Positions 53,317 to 64,000 of a stretch of DNA of 64,000 nucleotides are shown here, piece by piece. The first letter of the stretch is position 1. Each line of letters opens with the position of its first letter. Source of the DNA: Monocercomonoides exilis PA203 (Eukaryota > Protista > Preaxostyla); NCBI GenBank assembly GCA_001643675.2, contig LSRY02000011.1, positions 310,001 through 374,000 of the forward strand. Reading direction: 5' to 3'. The translations under genes were made by a program, and so were the position numbers. Below the pieces are notes generated by a model that saw nothing but the letters and a program-made list of their open reading frames with translations, was not told the DNA's origin and did no database searches.

Positions 53317-53902
53317 ATAAGTTTCCATCTGAAACTTAAAAAAAAAATCCAATTCCTTTATCGTTTTTGAAAGAAATATTAATGAAAGTCTTTTATTGAG
53401 CATTTTATAAAAATTAATACGTTCTCGTTGAAAAACAAATAAATAAGCGTGCAGTTTTGAATGTTAGAGTTTTGTGACAATTATAAAAAAAGAGTTTTTT
53501 TTCCAATTTTTTGAAAATAAAACATTTTGAAACAACATCAATTTAATATATAAATAATAATTTTTTAACAATTGGCAATAATTTTATAAATTTTCAGATT
53601 AATTTTTTCTTATCAATGCAATTCTCATTGAAAATTTTTTTGTTTTCCAGAAATTTTAAATCTCCAAATTTTAAATACAACATTCAATTTCTTTCATTGC
53701 ACATTCTTTCAAATAACATAACACAAATTAAATCATTCTCATCAATAAAATGATATGCAATAATTTTGCAGTTGACATTTAAAATATTCTCAAATAATTA
53801 TGAAAAAGATAAAAAATATAATTTGCAAAGGATAAGAAATACACAAATATAAAATGAATGGAGCTAAATTTGAGAGTAAGAGATGCTGCACAACTTTTTA
53901 TG

Positions 53903-54364
53903 TTATTCCTCATCTGCGATTCTTGTATTTGTTTTAAAACGAGCCTTTTCAGATGTTCCAGAAGGAGATAATTCCAAAGCAATGAGCAAATCTTGATCTG
54001 GCTCTGTAAAATTTCGGGCAGCCAAAATTGCTTCCTTTTTATACTCTTTGTTCTCTTTGTATTTCCCTTCAAAAGTATTTGAATAATTTCCTTTCAATGT
54101 TAAGCCATTGTTCATGTATGACACCATATTAACGGAAAGATCTTTTTGTTTTTCTCCGAAAGCAAATTTGAATACAATTTTAAGTTCTGATTCTTTAACT
54201 CTTTCCCAATGACCAAAGCTAAAACTCTTCAGAAAAGTTTGGTTCAAATTACCATCGGGCTGCAATTCAGGATAAATGAATTTTGGAGATTTATCCGTTT
54301 TTTTATTTGGTATTTTCATAGAAAACACAGCATGCACGAAAACAATGTGAATAAGCAAGAACAT
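53903..54364 (-). CDS. Hypothetical small secreted protein, possibly a truncated gene
   Basis: MFLLIHIVFVHAVFS resembles a signal peptide and is followed by about 140 aa of non-repetitive sequence. No family recognised. Confidence 0.4.
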   Translation of the reverse strand: MFLLIHIVFVHAVFSMKIPNKKTDKSPKFIYPELQPDGNLNQTFLKSFSFGHWERVKESELKIVFKFAFGEKQKDLSVNMVSYMNNGLTLKGNYSNTFEGKYKENKEYKKEAILAARNFTEPDQDLLIALELSPSGTSEKARFKTNTRIADEE

Positions 54365-54656
54365 TGAATCAAACACCAACGAAAAAATAATTAAAGATCA
54401 GTAAAAAAGTAATAAAAAATAGAAACCCAGAAAGTATTTATTTTCAAGATAATTTGAAAAAAAAGTGATTTTCTAACAATCAACATGCAAAAAAGTATCA
54501 CATCAAACAATTAGGAGTTCAATTCAAGCATGTTAAACATTGAAAACAAACTTTTTTTGTTTCACTTTTTCAATTTTTGACGATATATCTTTTCCGCTTA
54601 TAAATTCCTTTCCCGTTTTACACATCCTTTCATTTCAGTGCTTTCAATTTTGATTT

Positions 54657-55244
54657 TTGCAAATAAATATGAAGGGAATGCATGAAGCAAAATATTGCAT
54701 GTTCATCTCTGCTCTTTCCTCCTCTTCTCCATCATCATCATCTTCTTCTTCTTCTTCCTTCTCGTATTCCTCATCTCTTTCATCGAAGTCATTCTCTCAT
54801 CCAATATCCTCTCCTCAGTCATCGTCTGCTGGAATATTTGCACTTTGCACCCCGTCTCATCGCCATGATCAGCACGGACGGCCTCTTTCGCCTCCTTTCT
54901 CTCGCCTCTCCTCTAAACCAGCAACTTCCTCTATTTCATCCTCCTCCTCCTCATCATCATCTTTTTCTTCAGGCGCAGGATCTTCTGCAGTGTCTGTTTC
55001 TTCGACAGCATTGGGCACGCTTCTTTCCATGTCACCATCGACAGCAAGTTCTTCGTCTGCTTCTCAACTTCGCTCCAGAAGCAATTCTCCTTCGTCTTCC
55101 TCTTCCTCTTCCTTGTCCTCTCCCAGCACAACCTCTTCAACCACATCAGCATCTTCACATCGAAGTGTTTCTCCTGCCTCAAAAAGCCAGTTGTCTTCCC
55201 TTTCGTCTCAGCCGTTGCGCCCTCGTTCAGGTTCGAAGTGCTGA
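54657..55244 (+). pseudogene. Isolated Ser-rich exon-like fragment
   Basis: Poly-Ser codon composition like the low-complexity exons of nearby genes, with no identifiable flanking exons or domain. Confidence 0.3.
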
Positions 55245-57770
55245 GAAATGCTGTTGGTGTTTGCATCCTCTTCCATTAAATGTGTATTTGAGTTTATGCG
55301 GATTGGCTTGTTTATCTCATTTCTGTCTATTTTATTGAAATCTATATTGGTACTTTTTCTGAAAACAACGGTGCTTCATTTTCGTAGACATTTTGAAATT
55401 TTTTTCAATCGATGATTTTAGACTTCCGAAAAAAATGAAGATGAGATTAAATCAAGATTTATTCAAAATAACAGCATGACTTAATTGAGATAATTTATCA
55501 TATAAAGTCGTATTATAAAGATGCTTTTATCCATTTCATTATTTTTGTTTTGATTTTTTTATTCAAAACATACAGATCAATTTATTCATAATAAAATTAT
55601 TCATATTAAGAGAAAATTTAAAATTCGTTTTAAAGAGCGAATTTGAGGGTTTTTGTGAATATTTTATGATTTTGAAACATTACAAAAGATATGTATATTG
55701 TTTTCCTTCCAACATTACGAGGTGAAAGCGGAGTGACACGATTGAAGAGCATTTTCATTTTTATTTATTGATTACGATTTTCTCCACGCAAATGAGAGAA
55801 ATGAGGTCGTTGGAAGCACGGAAACATTAACAAACAAAACGTTTTCAATTGCATGAAATGCATTCGCATACTTGCTCGCTGAAACAATTTTCGACGAGAA
55901 AAAATGTTTTCTTTTTTATCAAGATTTTTCAAGATAAGAGTGCACAAAGCGAATCACATTTGCTCACTTCTAACATATAAACTATTAACTTCCGATTATT
56001 CATTGAAAATTGGTAGAAACAATCAGAAATTGAAAATTCAAGGCGATGAAGAATAATGGACATCTGAATTAAGCCTATTGAAAGGAACATTTGAAGAGCA
56101 GATCTTAAAAGCAGGAAATTTTTCATATATATTGAAAAGTTCCTTTAGGGATCTAGTGATAGCTTCAAATATTTATTCCTTTGATGAATCAATGATATTC
56201 GTGTTTCAATTTCTGAAAATGCTATCACACAACTGCGTTGAATCTTCCGAATTCAGCAAAAGCGCCTGTCTGTATTTGCAAAAACATTATCTGGAGATTA
56301 AACGAAAAGAAATGCAAAAGCACCTTTGAAAAATCACAATTTGAGAAGAATTATTGGCTTTGTGAAAGAACTGCACAAAATCTATTAAATTTTCCGCCAA
56401 GGTGAGCTATTGATGGAAAGTCATTCCCTCGAAACTATATCATTAAAGCACGAACATTGGAAAAATACCAAAAACTACGTTTGGATGCTGTCACTTAATT
56501 GGATGCATCTCCAGTTTAGGCTTTCACATTTCTTTATCTTGAAATTGGATGGAAATTGCACTACGTTCATTACATATTTTTGCAATGAAAGTATTATTTG
56601 ATTGCAATTACTCATTGAATGCATATTTTTTCCAATTTGCGCACATTCAAGATTATCGGGCAACATTTCTTTTTCTCTAATATGTCTGTCTTCATCTTTT
56701 TCTTTATCTTTTTCTTCTTTATCTGCTTCAACTTCTGGAGCAAAAATTAATCAATATATTCCATCATTACCATTTCAATTGATATGTTCATCATTATCAA
56801 AATTAATTCCATATTAGCCGTTGAGCTTATCAAAATTTATGAGCTCTTGAATCCGTTTTTGATCGAGGTTGCGTTATATTTCATTTATCAATTGGAATAG
56901 TCTGTATTTTGATTTATTATTTTTCAAATTGTTTCAAATTATTTAGGGACTTATTAATTCTCAACAAACTTGTTAAATCATATTTTCTGTGGAATCCATC
57001 TGCCATGCAAGAGACAGCTTGAAAGAGAATAATTTTGGCAAAGCATTTAAAGGAGAATGATGCAGTCGGATGTCTTATTGAAAGCAAAATGAAGAAATAT
57101 GATCTGAGGAATCTGAATCTGATGAAAGTTTCAACTCATGGAAAATACACAAATCAATGCAATTTGCTTCATAAAGGTGCATCTGAAAAAATCTGAAGGA
57201 CGATGATAACTTTTTGATAATCGAAGAAGCAATCAAAATTAGAATAGATAATCAAATAATGATTGCGAATACAAATTGTTTATTGAAGAAGAAATTCTAG
57301 AGCAACGATATTGAGCTCGTTAAAAATCTGATGTTATGCTTATTACAATTTCAATATGAAACCGGAGGAAACTTGAAGACATCTGCGATGCATTGGATCA
57401 ACTCTGGATGAATTCACAGCTTACGTTAATGCTTTTAAGCTGATATTAGGGATCAAAACTTTTAACGATGAAATATAATCAAAAAAACATAAAAAATGCC
57501 ATTTTTGATCATTACATTACTGAACAATGTGAAGTGCCATAAAATTTGAATCAAAAGTGTGATCATTGAAACTGAAACATCAAAAGGCGGAATTGTACGA
57601 ATTATCGGAGCAAGAGTATTTTCAAATTAATAATCTCCAAAAGAACAATCTCAAAAAAAACAATCATCAGCCTCAGCATTTTCTGTCATTTATTTTGTAT
57701 CCATTTATATATTAATTGTTACAAGAGCCCATTAAGTTCCTGTTAATAATTAAAAAAAAAAAAAATGAAT

Positions 57771-60700
57771 TCACAGCAATGTCTCACTGCTTTTGAGTTC
57801 GCTTTCATTTCCGTTGAACCTTCCTGATTCTTCAAGAGCAATTGCATCTGTCATCGTCAGTATAACAGCTCCTGCTGGAAAGCACTGGATGAACTCCCTT
57901 TTCAGAGCATTGAGTGTCATCCTCTCAGAGCCTTTGTCGCACCAACAGGATCTCACAACCAAGCTCAAGTGGGACTGCTCAATAATGCCTATTTTTGGTC
58001 TCTCACCGTTTACTATCTTCTGTGCTGACACTTCTGTTTCATAGTCTCCAAACGGAATGTGCAACGACAACCATTCCCACAACATCATCCCAATCGAAAA
58101 GGCAACTGACTCTTTTGTTACTCCCATCTTCTTGTTCATCAGCAGCTCAGGCGCCTTCCACCTCAAACACTCTTTTTTGAAATCATCCTCATCTTCAAAG
58201 GCAGAAGAAGGAAGAGAATCACTTTCATCATCATCATCACTTGCAGAAGTCACAACAGTTGATGATGAGATGGATGACGAATCGGAATCATCTGATAAAT
58301 GCAAATCAGAATGCATCACAATGCAGATGACCATGTGTTCAGAGAAAAGGACAATGTGAGGGCTCAAATTAGAAAGCGATTGAAGTGGAATTTCCATTTC
58401 ATCAAATGAATGGAGCGCGAGATTAGCCACCCAGAACAGGATCCGAGCAGCCATCAGCTCCCTTTCTTCCAATGTGCCTATTGCCATCTCCTTCTTCTCG
58501 TTCCTTCCATGAAGCAGCATGAACAGCGAATCCCTCAAATCAACAATCAGCTTTTCATGAGGCGACGAACAGGCCATTGCATCCACCAGATTGGACATGG
58601 ACGAGGTGGTTGGGCACAGATCCTCCCTGCGAACAAAAGTTGATTCTGAATCAGTTGATGAAGTTGATGAGATGGAATATGAGGGAGTTCTCTTTCTTGT
58701 TTCTTCTTCTTCCTCAGCCTTCTCCAATGCCCATTGAGAGATCTTGTCTGAATCTCTCCCCAGTATATATTCGGTTGAACCACTCTCAGAGAGAAGATGC
58801 TCCGATGACTCCGAATGACTCAAGCTTTTCTCATATATTCTTTTCTTAATCCTCTCTTCATTCTTCTTCTCTGCTTCCTTCCCTGCTCTCCTCCACTGCT
58901 CCTCTGGAGACATCTCCATCGTCACCATTTCAAACGCCTCCGGATCTTTTCCCACTGTATCATCAACAATCTCCTTGTATTTTTTCGCTTCTTCTTTTGC
59001 CTTTCTCCATCGAACAATAAAAATTACAAAGCCTATTAAAACGATCAATGATATCACAACAAGAACAATCACTATTAGCAACCAATAAGATTTTTCTTCT
59101 TTTCCTTTTTCAACCGCTTTATCATTTCCAGTCTTTGATTCTGTTTTATTCTTCAGAATCTTCGGAGGAGTTGCATCCGATTGTTTCCCAAACAGAATCA
59201 TCACAAATACCTCAGTTTCATCTCCAATCGTTGAAATATTATCTGATGGGATTCTTCCAATCACTTCGGTTTCTGACACAAAACTTTTTTCCTCAAAAGG
59301 ATATGTCTCAACCAACTCCACATCCCCTGTTTAATACACAATTCTGAATGACAAGTCACAAGGAACAAAAAGTGATCCCTTGAATTTAATTCCAATGTTG
59401 CTTCCATTTTCACTGATTGAAATATCATCCAATTTGGGAACGAAGAAAGGTGATGCCATTTCTCCTGCTATCCCTCTTAAATTGCATCCATCATTCAAAA
59501 TCCAAAGAGAAAAATTGGGAAACACTCCATCTACCCCTTTCAAACTAGAGATGGTCAATGAAGCAGAATCCGAGCAAATAATGTTTCTTCTCATCGATGG
59601 ATATTTTTCAATGAATGGATTGTTGTTCAAAAACTCTCCTTTCTCGATTGTCGCATTGCCAGCAGACACAGATAATCCTCCTGACGAAGAATTCGAAATT
59701 GTCACATCCTTCATCACCAGTGAAGAATTCGCTGAATGGACAAGCGACCCATTCCATTCGCATATTTCTTTCTCTTTCACTTTCTTTTAAAAGAATTCCT
59801 TCAAGATCACACATGTGCATCGAAACGACAGTCATGTTGTCAAATTCCATAATAATTTCTTTGTCAGACAAAGAGAAACAGTTTGAACATGAACAATTGG
59901 AAAGAACTGCTTGAGCGGATGATAAAGATGCTGAGAAAACAGAAGCTCCTTCTAAATTTTTCGAGCAATTCTTGAATGAGGAGCTTCCAACTGAAACACT
60001 TCCCGAAGCTGAACTGTCAATCGAAATGATGCAACCATCTGACAGCTTCACTCCATCCGTAGATACTCCATTAATGGATACTGTTCCACAACTGCCAATA
60101 TCAAACAAATTTGTTTTTGAATCAATTTTTACCAATTTGAAATTTATAATGGAGATCTTATCTCCATTTAACAGAAATAAAGGCTTCTTGAAGAAAGGAG
60201 CAATACTGAGCAGTTGTTAACATGAAGAATCCCCTTTCAACGCTCAGTTATGTTGAATTGATAACTATAACAGGTTGATTGATGTTTGACTCTCCAACAG
60301 AAGAGAAGTCAACAAATGAAAGAAAAAGCAACCAAGAACTTTCTCTGAGATTGTGAAAAGAATACCATCGTATGTTATTATTGAGTTCAGATGGACCAGA
60401 GCAGCTGAGGAAGATTGCAACGAGCGGATGATCAAATCCATTGCTTCGTATTCCCCAACAATAACTGTCTCCCTCGAGATCAATAGCTGCGAATACGATG
60501 AAGGAATGATGTGTTGCACTCCAACATATAGCGATTGACAAGGCATGCTGAACTCTCCACATTGCTTGCTATCTTTGTGATTTTCAGAAACTGAAGACAC
60601 AAAGATCGTCTCGCTCTGATATTTCTCGACTTTCAGCAGAAGATCTTCTTCTCTTTCAAAAGAATCTGTTATGCAGCCCCACATAGCCAGCTCCTTCACA

Positions 60701-62360
60701 AATAGTGCTCTGAAATCTAGCAAGAATTACTCATCAACTATTTGTGTATCGATTGAGTGGCATCGAACATACACATCTCTCCTCTCAAAGCGGAGTTGTC
60801 TCTGAATGTGGTATTCCACAACACAAAATTCAGTGGATGCTCAGCTGTCGAGATGAACTCCAGAAACAGTCACCCACATCTTCATGCATCCGAGCAGAAA
60901 CACTCAGAAATCGTGCAAAATGAGCACTTAAAACTTCCTCGCTCGCTTAACACACAAAGCATTCCTCCTCCCTTTCCACACTTCAACCCTCCACATCTCT
61001 TCATCGTTGTGTTTCTTATAACCATTTTCAAAGGCTCATCATTGTCATTCCGAATGATGGGAATATCACTTGTTGTGTTTTGAGTGACTGCTTCGAATAC
61101 ACTCCACTCAATAACAATATCTTGTTCCTCTTCATTATTCTTTCTTTTTGAATTCTTTGAAATCCTCAATCTGCTTGCTCCTTCCAGCTCAACATTCTTC
61201 ATGGTCGAGTTCTTAATGTTCAAAATCGTTGAAGATAACACAGAAATAATATCATGTGAAAAAGACAGCGATTGTATCGTTAAGAATTCCAATTAAACTG
61301 TGCCTTCATCTGCCTTGATCAGTCCATGGTTAATTATTTCTTCTCAGCTTTCTTCCATTTTTGTGAATGAACAGTCTTTCACAGTCAACAATCCCTCGCT
61401 TGAGCCAACATGCATCAAAACATTCACTCCACTTGCAAATGAAGATGGAATCACAAACTTCACCAGTTCGAAATTTGTGATTCCAGAAATCTTCATTACA
61501 GCTTCATCTGTTCCTTCAAGTGATGAATAACATTCCAAAGAGCACATTTCTATATTATTTGAGCTTATTGAAATTCCACTGAGAGCAACACATTTCTGAA
61601 GAATTCCTTTTCCAATGATGTTAATATTCCTTTCATTTCCTTTAAGTATTCGCTCCAATGAATTATCAATTGACAAACAAGGATAATCTGAGAATCCACA
61701 CGTAATCATATCTCTTGCTTCATATCCGATGAATATCTCTGAGCCAAATGTTCGCCAGAAATACACCAGAGGGATGGCATTCGTTGAGTCACTTCCATCG
61801 AAACCTCTCATCGAATCCAAGGAAAAATCAGCAAGATGCTCTGATACAAATGGAAGTGAGGTGTTTGTGATGCTCTTTGTCAAGTTTGGTGATTCAACAA
61901 ACAGGTCATTTCCATATGTCGCAACATTTGGCTTGTCTGCCTCAAAAACAGGGGATGAGATCACAAATGAAGAACCATCATTAATCAGCTTCAGTGCCAT
62001 TCCTCCTCCAAAGCCAGTCTTCCCTTCTTCTTCAGCTGGTGCCATGCATTCTATGAATGTGCATGAAATAATGTTCAATTGAATATTCCCTTTCAACTGA
62101 GCATTGATTTCCCCTCCTTTGCTTTCAACAGCAAGCACAGAGCATCCATCAATTGTATATTGCACAACATTAATTTATTCATGTTCGTTTTCACTATTGT
62201 TATTGAAAATTACCTTGCTATTTGACTTTTTGAAGATCAATCATCTCCTGTCGTTTTTTATAAGAAAATGTTCTAATGTTGAATGTTTCTGTGAAACGTC
62301 AAACACAAATTTTGTTGTGAATCATCAGAAAATATTTTTGACATTTTTGCTTTTTATGAA
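57771..62360 (-). pseudogene. Fragmented paralog of the giant membrane pseudokinase family; TM and pseudokinase part (57771-59321) still open
   Basis: ORF pieces 61344-62165, 60882-61292, 60265-60723, 59608-60135, 59331-59780 and 57771-59321 align collinearly with the 3082-aa protein (TCGFSDYPCLSI, QCGEFSMPCQSL, EICEWNGSLV, PFFVPKL, VPCDLS, TM, LRWKAPE). They are broken by stops and frameshifts. The 5' limit is approximate. Confidence 0.85.
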
Positions 62361-62809
62361 ATCTATCGCTTTTTCAATGATATTCCAACCATTTGTTTGT
62401 CTCATGATTGAATTTATGAAAAGTGTGCTTTTCGAAGTACAAATTCTTTCGAAAATTGAATGGAAAAAGTTTATTTTTTTTTCAGAAATGTTTATTAAAA
62501 TTTCAATAAAAATCCATTTATGATAAAACATTTTTTTTGGAAAATATAGAAAGTTCTAATAAAATTCGGAAAATGAAATACTAGTAACAGTTTTATTAAT
62601 AAAATGGATAAGTTTTTTTGTAAACTTTCTTTTGTTTTATTTTATAATAAAAAAAGAAATTTCATATTTTCATCAAATTTCTATTCCCACCTTTTTAATT
62701 TCACTGAAATAGAAACAAAACCTTAATAATGATATTATATCCATTTCTGAAAAGTTACGAAAGTGTGAACAGAAAATCGATGAATATTTGAAAAAAAATT
62801 TTAATATAA

Positions 62810-63434
62810 CACCAAAAATTATTCAAAGTCGAAAAACTTGCAATCGAAATCGAAAATTCTCCAAAAAAACAAACGAAAAATAAAGAGAATAAAGGTGAGG
62901 AATAAAAGTTTTCTTTTATTTCGGAACATATTTTTCTCAATGTTTGTGTTGTTGTTTTCTGCAAATAAAAATAAATTCGAACCAAAACAAATTTAAAAAT
63001 GAACTGAAAACAATATTATGAATATTTGTTTCCTTCTATGAGAAATGAGTATTTTGAAAAAAAAAAAACCGTAATTTGAAAATCAATACTGTATCCATCA
63101 TTTTTCAGAAAATTGGTTCATAATTTTTATAATCTTTGGCAAATTTTCTGTGAATAATTGAACTTTCAATTGAAATGAGATAAATAATGTCAGAATTCCT
63201 CTCATGTTTTTAAAAATTGCAATTGAACAAAAGGAAGCACAAAAGCATATCGGAAAAGAGATGAAAAAACTTGTATCCAAAAAAATGTCATTGATATTTC
63301 AACAATAACAATATTTTTTGATTTTTATTGATTATTTTGTTCTTTTTGCAAATTTGAAGTTTTTCGAGCTTTCGATTTTGCTTAAGTTTTTCGACTTTGG
63401 CTGAAAGTTATTCGATTTTGAATTATTTTTTGTT
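62810..63434. mobile_element. Second, diverged and shorter copy of the subrepeat TIR element, in opposite orientation
   Basis: Starts CACCAAAAATTATTCAAAGTCGAAAAAC and ends in a degenerate TTCGATTTTGAATTATTTTTTG. The interior (e.g. ggaagcacaaaagcatatcggaaaagagatgaaaaa) is the reverse complement of the copy-1 interior near 45875-45910. Confidence 0.8.
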
Positions 63435-64000
63435 TCATTCAAATCATAAAAACCATAATAGATATATGCATGTTTCTGATCTGTTTTTTCAGAAGATTCA
63501 TTTTCAAATAATGTTAAACAAGCTTAAATGTTAACATGATATTCAGCAACAAACTCAAAAAACAATCATTATAATGTGAAAGCAATTCAACCTTCGACAA
63601 TCAGAATGTCTTTTTTTCAAAACGAGCGTTTGGCAAATAACAACAACTGAAGTTCAACCTCGAGTTTCTGAATCATCAAAACAAATCATATTCAAAAAAA
63701 GGAAATTGAGTCATCTTCTGAACTTCAAACAAAAAATTTCACAACCAAAGAGAATGAATAAAAAAACGAATTTATTTGAAAAACCTGCAGTATCAAAATC
63801 AAGTTGCTTTGAAGATACTGAGGACTTTTAAAGAGAGCTGAATATCCTATACAACAGCATGGCACAAATAAAGAAGCAATTGGAAGATCCTGGAGATTCA
63901 AAGTTTGATGAGAATAGAACATGAACACAATAAAAAAAGTGATAATTTCAATTGTGAATGAAGGAAATTCTTTTCCGGATGAAAAGACATTGAAAATGGA

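Noticed and set aside
57000-57500. PI3K-like or HExxH peptidase remnant
   Set aside because: The diagnostic motifs (DRH/DFG; HExxH) are not actually present in any frame.

Overview
AT-rich, intron-containing eukaryotic genomic DNA read with the standard code; TAA, TAG and TGA all act as stops. The lineage-specific gene families and intron style suggest an anaerobic protist such as the oxymonad Monocercomonoides (inference, not verified). The left ~20 kb is a compact housekeeping block: a RAD23-like UBL-UBA gene, a PSTAIRE CDK1/cdc2, a THEM6-like hotdog thioesterase, a Pumilio/PUF protein with the canonical 8-repeat code, the Retriever subunit VPS35L with a very large Ser-rich insertion, a bacterial-type YiiD-like thioesterase and a divergent PHO80-like cyclin. 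The middle holds low-complexity and coiled-coil genes plus a 3082-aa single-pass membrane protein with a repetitive ectodomain and a C-lobe-only pseudokinase. The right ~28 kb is accessory and decaying: an IQCH-like pseudogene, two paralogs of a helical multigene family, two copies of a subrepeat-rich TIR non-autonomous DNA element, a pseudogenised second pseudokinase receptor, and a structurally complete DIRS1-type tyrosine-recombinase retrotransposon. That element has ITRs plus an ICR, gag, RT-RNaseH-MT and YR, an atypical YR catalytic motif and one in-frame TAG in pol. No rRNA, tRNA or CRISPR was seen.
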